The position numbers and the translations under genes are program-made. Below, in pieces: positions 1 to 8,303 of a DNA stretch of 59,068 bases (position 1 is its first letter; every line of letters starts with the position of its first letter). The stretch is from an uncultured Clostridia bacterium. Lineage in GTDB: Bacteria > Bacillota > Clostridia > Christensenellales > CAG-917. Under the pieces are notes generated by a model. That model saw only the letters and a list, made by a program, of their open reading frames with translations. It did no database searches and had not been told where the DNA came from. The stretch is from contig CANREO010000001.1 of NCBI GenBank assembly GCA_947629635.1, forward strand, positions 1 to 59,068, read 5' to 3'.

Positions 1-905
1 AAAATACACAAAAACCGTTTGACAGCGATTGGATAAACAAAATGTTGCCCGTTGATAAGTATGTCGGCGGCGCGGAGCATGCATGCATGCATTTGCTGTA
101 TGCCCGGTTCTTCACGAAAGCGCTTAGGGATATGGGATATCTGGATTTCGACGAGCCATTTTTATCTCTCGTACATCAAGGTATGATCTTGGGCCCCGAC
201 GGCAATAAAATGAGCAAATCGCGTGGGAATATAGTCTCGCCGGATGACAACATCGCAAAGTACGGCGCGGATGTTTTCAGAGTATATTTGATGTTCGGCT
301 TCAACTATGTCGAGGGCGGTCCTTGGAACGATAGCGGCGTTGAGTCGGTAAACAGATTTTTCGACAGAATAGAGCGCATAGTTAAGAAATGCTACGAGGT
401 CGCGTTTGACCAAGGTTCTTTGGGCAAAGATGAGAAAGAGCTCAATCGCGTGCGCCATAACACAATAAAGAGCGTCACAAACGACCTCGAACATTTTAGC
501 TTCAATACGGCGGTCGCGAGGTTGATGGAACTTGTCAATGCAATGTATGCATACGAAGGCGCTGTCGCAAAGAAGAACGAGTTGTACAGAGATTGCGCGA
601 AAGATCTCGTGAAGTTGCTCGCGCCGTTTGCTCCTCACTTTGCGGAGGAACTTTGGGAGATGTTGGGGCAGGACTATTCCGTGTTCAATCAATCTTATCC
701 TCAATACGACGAAAACGCCGCCAGGCGTGAAGAGATCGAGCTTGCCGTGCAAATAAACTCGAAGATGCGAGCAAAAATTACGGTGCCGGCGGAGGCCTCG
801 AGGCAGGAGATAGAACAAGCCGCCGTACAAGCGGTCCAAAGCCAATTGAAAGAAGTAAAAAAGGTGATCGTGGTCCCCGGCAGACTTGTCAATATAATCG
901 CATAA
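1..905 (+). CDS. leuS: leucine--tRNA ligase, C-terminal part (5-prime end lies outside window)
   Basis: Frame is open from base 3. Translation reads ..WINKMLPVDKYVGGAEHACMHLLYARFF.. and has the KMSKSRGN class I loop plus a LeuRS-type C-terminal domain. Stop TAA at 903-905. Confidence 0.93.
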   Translation, partial: NTQKPFDSDWINKMLPVDKYVGGAEHACMHLLYARFFTKALRDMGYLDFDEPFLSLVHQGMILGPDGNKMSKSRGNIVSPDDNIAKYGADVFRVYLMFGFNYVEGGPWNDSGVESVNRFFDRIERIVKKCYEVAFDQGSLGKDEKELNRVRHNTIKSVTNDLEHFSFNTAVARLMELVNAMYAYEGAVAKKNELYRDCAKDLVKLLAPFAPHFAEELWEMLGQDYSVFNQSYPQYDENAARREEIELAVQINSKMRAKITVPAEASRQEIEQAAVQAVQSQLKEVKKVIVVPGRLVNIIA

Positions 906-981
906 AAAGATGTTTATATTATAAAAACGGAGGCATAAACCTCGTAAAAATAAAATTGCGCAAAGCGCAACGGAGTAGAAT

Positions 982-2265
982 ATGCTTGATTTAATAAGAA
1001 TACGCAACAATCCGCAAGCCGTCGTGGACGCACTTGCAAAGAAAGGGTACAAGGCAGATTTTACCCAAATCATAGCATGGGACGATATGAGGAAGTCGCT
1101 CATTACCGACGTGGAGAGACTCAAGGCGCAAAAGAACAAGGTTTCGGGACAGATACCCGTGCTCAAGCGCGCCGGTCAGCCGGTGGAGCCCATTTTCGAA
1201 GAGATGCGTAAACTCGGCGAACAAATTGCGGACAGCGATGCAAAGATAAACGAACTTATAGAAAATATCAATTCCGCGTTGGCGGCTATTCCGAATATTC
1301 CCGACGACGATCTGTTGCCGGGAGAAAAGGAAAACAACAAGGTAGTCAAGGTTGTCGGAGAGCCTCCAAAATTTGATTTTACCCCGAAAAATCATGTGGA
1401 TATGTGCACGGATCTGGGGCTCATTGACTACGAGCGCGGCGTGAAATTGAGCGGAAACGGTTTTTGGATATATCGCGGCTTGGGCGCGAGGCTCGAATGG
1501 GCATTGCTCAACTTTTTTATTGACGAACACTTGAAGGACGGCTACGAGTTTATTTTACCGCCCTATCAATTGGGCTATGATTGCGGATTCGGCGCCGGTC
1601 AATTCCCGAAATTCAGCGACGAGGTATATTGGCTCGATTGCGATGAGGACAGAAAGCGCAATCGCTTTATGCTTCCCACAGCGGAGACGGCGCTCGTAAA
1701 TATGTATGCCGGCGAAATCATCGACGAGGCAAAGTTGCCTATGAAATTTTTCGCATACTCCCCTTGCTTCAGGAAGGAAGCCGGGTCTGCACGCGCAGAA
1801 GAGCGCGGCATGATCAGAGGCCATCAATTCAACAAAATAGAAATGGTTCAATATGCTCATCCCGAGCACAGCATGGAGGCTTTTGAAGAATTGGTCGAAA
1901 AGGCCGCCGGACTTGTCGAAAAGCTCGGATTGCACTTCAGAGTCAGCAAACTGGCTGCGGGAGATTGCTCCGCGTCAATGGCGAGGACATATGACGTCGA
2001 GGTGTGGATCCCTTCGATGGGCATTTATAAGGAATGTTCATCGGTAAGCAACGCCAACGACTACCAGGCGCGCCGCAACAATACGCGCTATCGCGACATA
2101 AAGACGGGCAGACCGCAATATGTGCATACGCTGAACGGCAGCGGACTTGCGACGTCAAGGCTTATTCCGGCAATCGTGGAGCAATTTCAAAATGCGGACG
2201 GCAGCGTGACGGTGCCCGAAGTGTTGCGCAAATATATGGGCGGAATCGAGCGTATAGAAAAATAA
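982..2265 (+). CDS. serS: serine--tRNA ligase
   Basis: 427 aa with an N-terminal coiled-coil arm and a class II core (..LPTAETALVNMY.., ..FRKEAGS.., ..GSGLATSRLIPAIVEQ..). GGAG lies upstream of the ATG. Confidence 0.95.
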   Translation: MLDLIRIRNNPQAVVDALAKKGYKADFTQIIAWDDMRKSLITDVERLKAQKNKVSGQIPVLKRAGQPVEPIFEEMRKLGEQIADSDAKINELIENINSALAAIPNIPDDDLLPGEKENNKVVKVVGEPPKFDFTPKNHVDMCTDLGLIDYERGVKLSGNGFWIYRGLGARLEWALLNFFIDEHLKDGYEFILPPYQLGYDCGFGAGQFPKFSDEVYWLDCDEDRKRNRFMLPTAETALVNMYAGEIIDEAKLPMKFFAYSPCFRKEAGSARAEERGMIRGHQFNKIEMVQYAHPEHSMEAFEELVEKAAGLVEKLGLHFRVSKLAAGDCSASMARTYDVEVWIPSMGIYKECSSVSNANDYQARRNNTRYRDIKTGRPQYVHTLNGSGLATSRLIPAIVEQFQNADGSVTVPEVLRKYMGGIERIEK

Positions 2266-2363
2266 ATGCAATTCAATTGAAATTTTGTATTGCATAATCG
2301 AGGGTTTATAATGTAATATATTTGTGATGGGCAGCAGAGCTCCTGTTGCCCATTATTAAATTT

Positions 2364-3731
2364 ATGGGGTCAATTATGAGTAAAAACAAAGTTGCAGATG
2401 CGGATTTCCCGAAAATGCGAGAGGAATTGCGCGAATATGCGGAAGAGGCGTACAGTATTGTCGAGCACGCCGCAAACGTAATAGGTCCGCGCGTGCCGGG
2501 CACGGAGGGTGAGGACAAATTTCACGATTACATGTGCGAAAAAATAGAGCAGATAGGGCTCAAACCAAAGCGCGAACCGTTTATTTTCGCGCCTCGCGGC
2601 TCTATAGGCGGATTGCCGAATGTCGGCTGGTGCGCAATTGCCGGGGGTATTTTGTTGCTCATTGCGCTCTTACTCAGCGACATTGCTTTCAGAGCTACGC
2701 TTGTTATAATGTACGTCGACGTGTTTTTTGTGACTACATTTCTTGTGTGGATGATCGGCAGCGTATTCAAATATTCCACATTTTTCGATTGGGCGTTTAA
2801 GCAGGAAAAATCACAAAATTCCTATGCGGAACTGGTGCCAGAGGACGGGAAATACGAGTATACGGTCTATCTTTCCGGACATACCGATACAAGTTGGACG
2901 CTGAAACACAGCGCCGCAAGGACAAAACTTCATCAAGTCGGGATATTTTCCAAATTGGGTATCGGCGCGGTATTTTCCATTTTGATATGTATCGCGGTGT
3001 ATATTGCTTTTGCGCTTGTGATGTGCATACATTACGGCGAGGGAGAGACGGTTTCGAATGCGACAAGCGCATTTTACGATTATTATTTTTATTCGGCGCT
3101 TTATGCAATGCCGTTTATGATATTGGGTGCGTTTTTGTTGACGCTGTATAATGAAAAAAATCCTCGCGTAGCTTCCCCCGGAGCGATGGACAACGCTACG
3201 GGCGTCGCAATCGCATACGAAGCTGTCAAATATTTTAAGGACAATCCCGACAAATTGCCCAAGGGATGTCGCGTTGTCGATTTCAACTGCGGCGCGGAAG
3301 AGGCCGGCTTGAGAGGATCGATAAATTTCGTGCGCAAGCATAAAGATGACGGAATGCTTGAGAACGCGTGGCATATAAACGTGGATTCCATCGCGGACAG
3401 AGACTACTTTGAGGTCATTTACGGCGACGCGTGGCTATGCCCCCATTTCGACAAGACTCTGGAGGGCATGCTTAACGAGGCAATGATAGACGCAGGCATA
3501 AAAAATCCCGGCAGAATTGTAAACCCCGTCGGCGGATGCGATTCGACGCCGTTCCAAAAGGCGGGCGTGAGAAGCATCACGATTGCCGCACAAAATCCGA
3601 CTATGACTGATTATTATCACACTTTGTACGACACTCCCGATCGCTTTGATAGCGAAACGGTGGGGCTTGGGTTGGACATCGTGCTCAGAGTTATCGAAAA
3701 AATCGGCGCATTCGAAAACAACAAAAAGTAA
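2364..3731 (+). CDS. membrane-embedded M28 family metallopeptidase
   Basis: SGHTDTS, MDNATG, GAEEAGLRGS, NVDSIAD and YHTLYD occur in the order of M28 zinc ligands. Several hydrophobic helices lie in the first half. Start is ambiguous (TTG 2346, ATG 2364, ATG 2376). Confidence 0.8.
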   Translation: MGSIMSKNKVADADFPKMREELREYAEEAYSIVEHAANVIGPRVPGTEGEDKFHDYMCEKIEQIGLKPKREPFIFAPRGSIGGLPNVGWCAIAGGILLLIALLLSDIAFRATLVIMYVDVFFVTTFLVWMIGSVFKYSTFFDWAFKQEKSQNSYAELVPEDGKYEYTVYLSGHTDTSWTLKHSAARTKLHQVGIFSKLGIGAVFSILICIAVYIAFALVMCIHYGEGETVSNATSAFYDYYFYSALYAMPFMILGAFLLTLYNEKNPRVASPGAMDNATGVAIAYEAVKYFKDNPDKLPKGCRVVDFNCGAEEAGLRGSINFVRKHKDDGMLENAWHINVDSIADRDYFEVIYGDAWLCPHFDKTLEGMLNEAMIDAGIKNPGRIVNPVGGCDSTPFQKAGVRSITIAAQNPTMTDYYHTLYDTPDRFDSETVGLGLDIVLRVIEKIGAFENNKK

Positions 3732-3746
3732 TAAATCAAATATATT

Positions 3747-3772
3747 AAAGCAGCCCCGAAAAGGGCTGTTTT
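3747..3772 (+). terminator. rho-independent terminator after M28 peptidase gene
   Basis: Stem CAGCCC/GGGCTG extended by A/T pairs, loop cgaaaa, followed by a T-run. Confidence 0.75.
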
Positions 3773-3841
3773 ATTTATATTTTCAAACATAGTCATAATC
3801 GTGAGGGCAGCGTCATAAATTAAACCGATATGGAGGAGCCT

Positions 3842-5335
3842 ATGTTCGATTTTGACAACTTTAGTGCGAGCAAATTTTATATTGCGCCCTCGGTGGAGAG
3901 GGTCGTGGAATTTTCGCCCCCGGGCATCGATATGCAAAACATTGCCAAGGTGCTCTCTCTGGCTGTAGACGCGCGTTGTACTACCATAGAGGCGTATGAC
4001 GGATATGCGCAGGTGACGGGCAGGACGAATTTCCGCCTCACCTATCTGGACAGGGACGGCAACCCCAAAGGGGTGGATTACAACGCGGATTTCACCGTCA
4101 AAACAGACGGCGATTTTTCTGCGGCGGACAACGTCAGCGCCGATATAAAGGTTGTGGAGTCGGATGTGCAAGCAAATGACGGACTTAAACTTTCAAGCGT
4201 ACTCGAAGTGAGTGTCAGCGCCATACGCAGGGAAGAAATAAGCGCGCTTGTTGGCGCGGACGAATGCTATAAAAACACCAAAAAGATGTATTTGCCTTCT
4301 TTTATTGCCTCGAAGACTACCGTCGCGCCCTTTGACGACGAGCATGAAGTCGGCGGCGAGATCGGCAACGTTTTGGGCATGAGCACCAACGTCGTCGTCA
4401 AGCGTGCAAAGGCGACGGACGGCGGAGTCATGGCATCGGCGACCGTGTATTCGACCGTGACATATGTTGAGGGCGGAGAAATAAAGCAGACGCGCTTTGC
4501 CGTTGATATAGAGGAAGAGTTAAACTTGGACGGTGTGGAGGCTACGGATAAAATAGGCGTGCAGGCAAGCGTCAAATCGAGCAAAATCATATTGCAAGGC
4601 GTGACGGACGACAATGTCATCAGAATAGAGGGGGAGATACAGTTTAAGGTGCAGGCGTTCAGGTGCGCCGAAGTTGAAGTGATAGACGACATCTTTATGC
4701 TGACCAATGAGGTGACTTTAAATCGCGATGAGGCAAATTACACATGCTTCGACGGCCAAGGATATTTTGCCGAGACCGTTACCGGCACCGCGATGCTTGG
4801 GGACAATCGCGCCGCTGCGGCAGAGATAAACGCGCTGCCGTATGCCGGATGCTATACGTCAAAAGCCTATGTGGACGATGATGGCAAACTAGCGGTTGAA
4901 GGTATTGTGAATACAGACATCATTTATACGGATGAAAACGGATACAATTCGGTGCGCACGGAAATCCCGTTTGCATTGTCGATATCGAGCGAAAAACCCT
5001 TTTCGCGCAATGTGTGCGTAAAGTGTTGCGTTGAAAAAATCGATGCAAAAGTCGTAAGGGAGCGCGAATTCGAAATAGAGATGAGACTCGGCGTCGAGGC
5101 TTACGGAACAAGCGACATGACGCTGTCCTACATAAGCGGCGTCGAAGTAGGGGAGGAAAAGCCGCAAAACACCTCGGCTTTGTCAATGTATATTGCCAGG
5201 GGCGGTGACGAGTTGCTTGATTTGTGCAAGGCGCTGACCGCTATGCCGGAGGACATAATGGCGCAAAATCCTGCTCTTGAATTTCCGCTGAACGAGGGAG
5301 AGCGAGTGATCTATTTCCGTGGCGTGGCAATCTGA
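3842..5335 (+). CDS. SipL/SpoVID-like protein (DUF3794/SPOCS-like repeats plus C-terminal LysM-like segment)
   Basis: GGAGGAG at 3832-3838 favours ATG 3842 over ATG 3830. The body has repeated beta-rich segments of the DUF3794 style. The C-terminus MYIARGGDELLDLCKALTAMPEDIMAQNPALEFPLNEGERVIYF fits the LysM pattern. Assignment is from memory of the family, not from a search. Confidence 0.5.
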   Translation: MFDFDNFSASKFYIAPSVERVVEFSPPGIDMQNIAKVLSLAVDARCTTIEAYDGYAQVTGRTNFRLTYLDRDGNPKGVDYNADFTVKTDGDFSAADNVSADIKVVESDVQANDGLKLSSVLEVSVSAIRREEISALVGADECYKNTKKMYLPSFIASKTTVAPFDDEHEVGGEIGNVLGMSTNVVVKRAKATDGGVMASATVYSTVTYVEGGEIKQTRFAVDIEEELNLDGVEATDKIGVQASVKSSKIILQGVTDDNVIRIEGEIQFKVQAFRCAEVEVIDDIFMLTNEVTLNRDEANYTCFDGQGYFAETVTGTAMLGDNRAAAAEINALPYAGCYTSKAYVDDDGKLAVEGIVNTDIIYTDENGYNSVRTEIPFALSISSEKPFSRNVCVKCCVEKIDAKVVREREFEIEMRLGVEAYGTSDMTLSYISGVEVGEEKPQNTSALSMYIARGGDELLDLCKALTAMPEDIMAQNPALEFPLNEGERVIYFRGVAI

Positions 5336-5342
5336 ATATAAT

Positions 5343-5366
5343 AAAAGCAGGCGCAAGCCTGCTTTT
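5343..5366. terminator. bidirectional terminator between convergent genes
   Basis: AAAAGCAGGC-gcaa-GCCTGCTTTT, with A-run and T-run on either side. It lies between stops at 5335 (+) and 5382 (-). Confidence 0.85.
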
Positions 5367-5381
5367 ATATTTAACGCATAT

Positions 5382-6824
5382 TCAGCGACGCGTCAGCGCG
5401 GCTTTTGCCTGTTCATAGAAGTCGGCGGCGTTTTTACGTGCCTCTGCGGCAGCGCGTTCGTAAGCGAGTTTGACCTTTTCGAAGGCGTCCGAAACGGTCT
5501 GTTTCATATCTTCTATCTCGGCCAGATCGTCAGCGCTCAAATTTAATCTTGAATACTCATTTTCTTTGAAAGCGCGTACTCTTACAATTGCAGCTTGAAC
5601 GTTATGCATGTCGGAAAGGTCGAGAGCCGTCAACCCCAATTCGTCAAGTTTGCCGAAAAGCAATCCGATGGCGGTATGCATGTCGTTGTTCAAATAATCG
5701 CATACCTTTTCTGTGGAGTCCCAAATTCTTTTATTGAGATCGTATCGGTCGGCAAGACTCTCAATCGAAGGTTTGAGGGCCGCCATCGAATCTTTATATG
5801 CGTGCACAAAGTCGGCGCACTCGCGCTCTTCCAGTTTGAGATAGACTCTGTTGAGATATGCAGTGACTTTGGAAAGAGCAAGTTCGTCGATGTCGTCGAA
5901 GCGCGCGGCGAAGTCCTCAAACCCACATTTCAGCCATGCGGACAGATTGTCGTAAATAGCCTTAAGATCGTCTCTCGTGATGACGGGATCTTTAAGATAC
6001 TCTGTCGCAAGTTCCAAATAATGCTCGAGCGCCAATTCCGCGCTATGTGAAAGCATGTACAGCCCGGCGTGTAAGGACTTTCCCATATATTCCGTGAAGT
6101 CGAAAAAGTTTTGTCCGGCTTTTATAAGCGTATAATTTAAAATGAGCGCGTCGTCTATTCCTTGCAGTGCCGTAGAATAGGCGCTTTTTGCCTCGGAGAT
6201 CGCGATATTGTATACAGCGCCGAGTTTATTTTGCGCATCGCTTTGAATTTGTTTTATTTTTTCAAAAAGTTGTGCGCTTTGAAGGTCGGCGATATAGTCC
6301 AAGTCGGCGAATGCGTCATACTTACTGAGCCTTGCTGTTATCTTTTGTATATCATCGCCGCCCAATGCGTCAAGTTCCAGATTTCTGTCGAAGACCGCAT
6401 CGATATTGCCCGAAAATTGCTTTATGGAATCGTTTATCTGTTTACCGAATTTTCCGTCGTTGTCCCCGTATATCGTCACTCCTATCGCGGCGTCATTTTC
6501 GGGAAGAAAACCGTATTCCGAGCTGAGTTCGAGGATGCGAGCAGTGGCGACGGGCAGTTTTGTGCCGACTATGCCCGACTCGCTCCATAGCAACAGTCTG
6601 GCGTCCTCGTTTTCGCCGGCGGCACTGACTACGGTGCCGTATTGGTCGACGACAAACTCGACGGACGGATTGATGTCATATGCGATAAACGCCGTCGGAA
6701 CAGGCTCGTCAAGGCGGCTCGGAGTTTCGTTGGCAAGGCTGTGATCGCATGCGGAAAGTACGGCGCATAACAACGCCGCGAGCATAATGGCAAATATAAC
6801 CGATGTGATCCTTTTGCGCGTCAT
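5382..6824 (-). CDS. lipoprotein, function unknown
   Basis: The internal ATG at 6824 has an AGAGG SD. It gives MTRKRITSVIFAIMLAALLCAVLSAC with an L-S-A-C lipobox. The rest is largely helical-looking with no recognised catalytic motif. The track start at 6938 adds an implausible N-terminal extension. Confidence 0.7.
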   Translation of the reverse strand: MTRKRITSVIFAIMLAALLCAVLSACDHSLANETPSRLDEPVPTAFIAYDINPSVEFVVDQYGTVVSAAGENEDARLLLWSESGIVGTKLPVATARILELSSEYGFLPENDAAIGVTIYGDNDGKFGKQINDSIKQFSGNIDAVFDRNLELDALGGDDIQKITARLSKYDAFADLDYIADLQSAQLFEKIKQIQSDAQNKLGAVYNIAISEAKSAYSTALQGIDDALILNYTLIKAGQNFFDFTEYMGKSLHAGLYMLSHSAELALEHYLELATEYLKDPVITRDDLKAIYDNLSAWLKCGFEDFAARFDDIDELALSKVTAYLNRVYLKLEERECADFVHAYKDSMAALKPSIESLADRYDLNKRIWDSTEKVCDYLNNDMHTAIGLLFGKLDELGLTALDLSDMHNVQAAIVRVRAFKENEYSRLNLSADDLAEIEDMKQTVSDAFEKVKLAYERAAAEARKNAADFYEQAKAALTRR

Positions 6825-6981
6825 TGCCAACCTCTTTGATTTGAATATTATAACACCGAAGAGAAAAAAAGTGAATAGACTTATTATAAAGAAAAATAAA
6901 TTTTTGTTAAGGTTTCGCATACGAAGCGCCATAAACAAAGTTGATATTGTCTAAAATGACAAGCTGTGGTAAAATAAATTT

Positions 6982-7521
6982 ATGACCAGGCAAGAACTTG
7001 ACAAAAAAATGTTGCAGCTCCAGCAGGGCGACGAGCAAGCGTTTGAGGAAATCTACAACGAGACGCGTCGTGGGCTGTTTGCTTTCATTTTGTCTATTTG
7101 CCGCAATTATCATACCGCCGAGGATATGATGCAGACCGCATATATAAGACTCAGGACAACAATTGCGTCTTACAGAGCGGGCTCGAACGCGTACGCTTGG
7201 CTGTACACCATCGCAAAAAACGCCACGCTTAATGAACTTGCCAGACAGCGTCGCGAGGCTCCTTCGGATATGGAGGATCCTACTGCGAAATTCGGCGCAT
7301 ACACGATCAATGAGACGGGAGCGCCCACTATCGCTCTTATGAACAGTATTTTAAACGATATAGAGAGGCAAATCGTTACGTTGCACGTCATTGTCGGATT
7401 TAAACATCGCGAAATCGCCGAGCTTTTGGACAAACCACTCGGCACTGTACTGTGGACATATCAAAACGCCCTTTCCAAACTTAAAAGGGCATTGCAAACG
7501 GAGGGCGAAGATGAAGCTTAA
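6982..7521 (+). CDS. RNA polymerase sigma factor, sigma-70/ECF-type (regions 2 and 4 only)
   Basis: 179 aa. Region 2-like AYAWLYTIAKN and region 4 helix-turn-helix HREIAELLDKPLGTVLWTYQNALSKLK. Confidence 0.85.
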   Translation: MTRQELDKKMLQLQQGDEQAFEEIYNETRRGLFAFILSICRNYHTAEDMMQTAYIRLRTTIASYRAGSNAYAWLYTIAKNATLNELARQRREAPSDMEDPTAKFGAYTINETGAPTIALMNSILNDIERQIVTLHVIVGFKHREIAELLDKPLGTVLWTYQNALSKLKRALQTEGEDEA

Positions 7522-8179
7522 AGATATAACGGAAAAGCTGAAAAAAGAGCACGGCGATGTGCGTGTGCCCGACGTGTTGGAACGCGCGCGCAAGGCTCCC
7601 GTAAATAAACTGCTCACGGGTGAGACGCCCGTACAGGCTTTCAGAAAGAGCATGGCGATAAGGCTGCTGACCATGGTGCTTATATTGCTTTTGGCGGTAG
7701 CGATAACTCTTTCGGCGATGTGGCTTACGGACGAGGCAAGGGCGGCGAAAGGCTGCTATGTTCGCATAGAGATAATAAGATCCGTGGGCGGTTCCGAGCG
7801 CTATGCCATTACTGCCAAGGGGCTTATTGCGGATGGGTATTTCATAGAAGATGTTCATAATGAAGTTGCGCCGAAAAAATTGGATATTTCATCAATAAGC
7901 GAACTTTATGAAGCAAAATCTGGAGATAAAGTAAGGATTTATGTAGCTTGCGACGATCAGGAGTTGCGCCGACAATGGGGAGCGACGGCTACAAGCGAAC
8001 TAGGCGCGTTATATATGGGCGAAGTGAGTTTGGACGAGATCAAATCAAGCGATTCCTCTTCCGTAAAGTTTTGGCTTGCGAGCTATATCAATTCGTTCGA
8101 TCCGAACGCGAAAGCGAGCGTAAACGATAGCATGGATGCGTTGCTTTCGGCTTATTGCGGCTGTGCCGAAGAGTCATAA
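7511..8179 (+). CDS. putative anti-sigma factor (single-pass membrane protein)
   Basis: ATG 7511 follows GAGGG and overlaps the sigma gene by 11 nt. There is one TM helix (LLTMVLILLLAVAITLSAMWL). The call is by position only; no zinc-binding anti-sigma motif was seen. Confidence 0.45.
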   Translation: MKLKDITEKLKKEHGDVRVPDVLERARKAPVNKLLTGETPVQAFRKSMAIRLLTMVLILLLAVAITLSAMWLTDEARAAKGCYVRIEIIRSVGGSERYAITAKGLIADGYFIEDVHNEVAPKKLDISSISELYEAKSGDKVRIYVACDDQELRRQWGATATSELGALYMGEVSLDEIKSSDSSSVKFWLASYINSFDPNAKASVNDSMDALLSAYCGCAEES

Positions 8180-8303
8180 AATGAGTTTAATTTAATCGAA
8201 GAGCACATTTTCTGTTGATTAAGCGCGCGTTTTATGTTAATATAATTTGCAACTTAATGTATACTACTTTATATCACGCAGTATGCGCGCATTGGGAGTT
8301 TAT

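Noticed and set aside
906-981. Possible T-box leader upstream of serS (and likewise before glnS and the glmU-like gene).
   Set aside because: The gap is only 76 nt, with a single small hairpin (TTGCGC-aaa-GCGCAA near 955-969). That is far too short for a T-box, and no specifier or T-box sequence was seen.
162-1166. 334-aa minus-strand ORF across the leuS/serS junction.
   Set aside because: It is antisense to two aminoacyl-tRNA synthetase genes and spans their intergenic region. Its composition is implausible.
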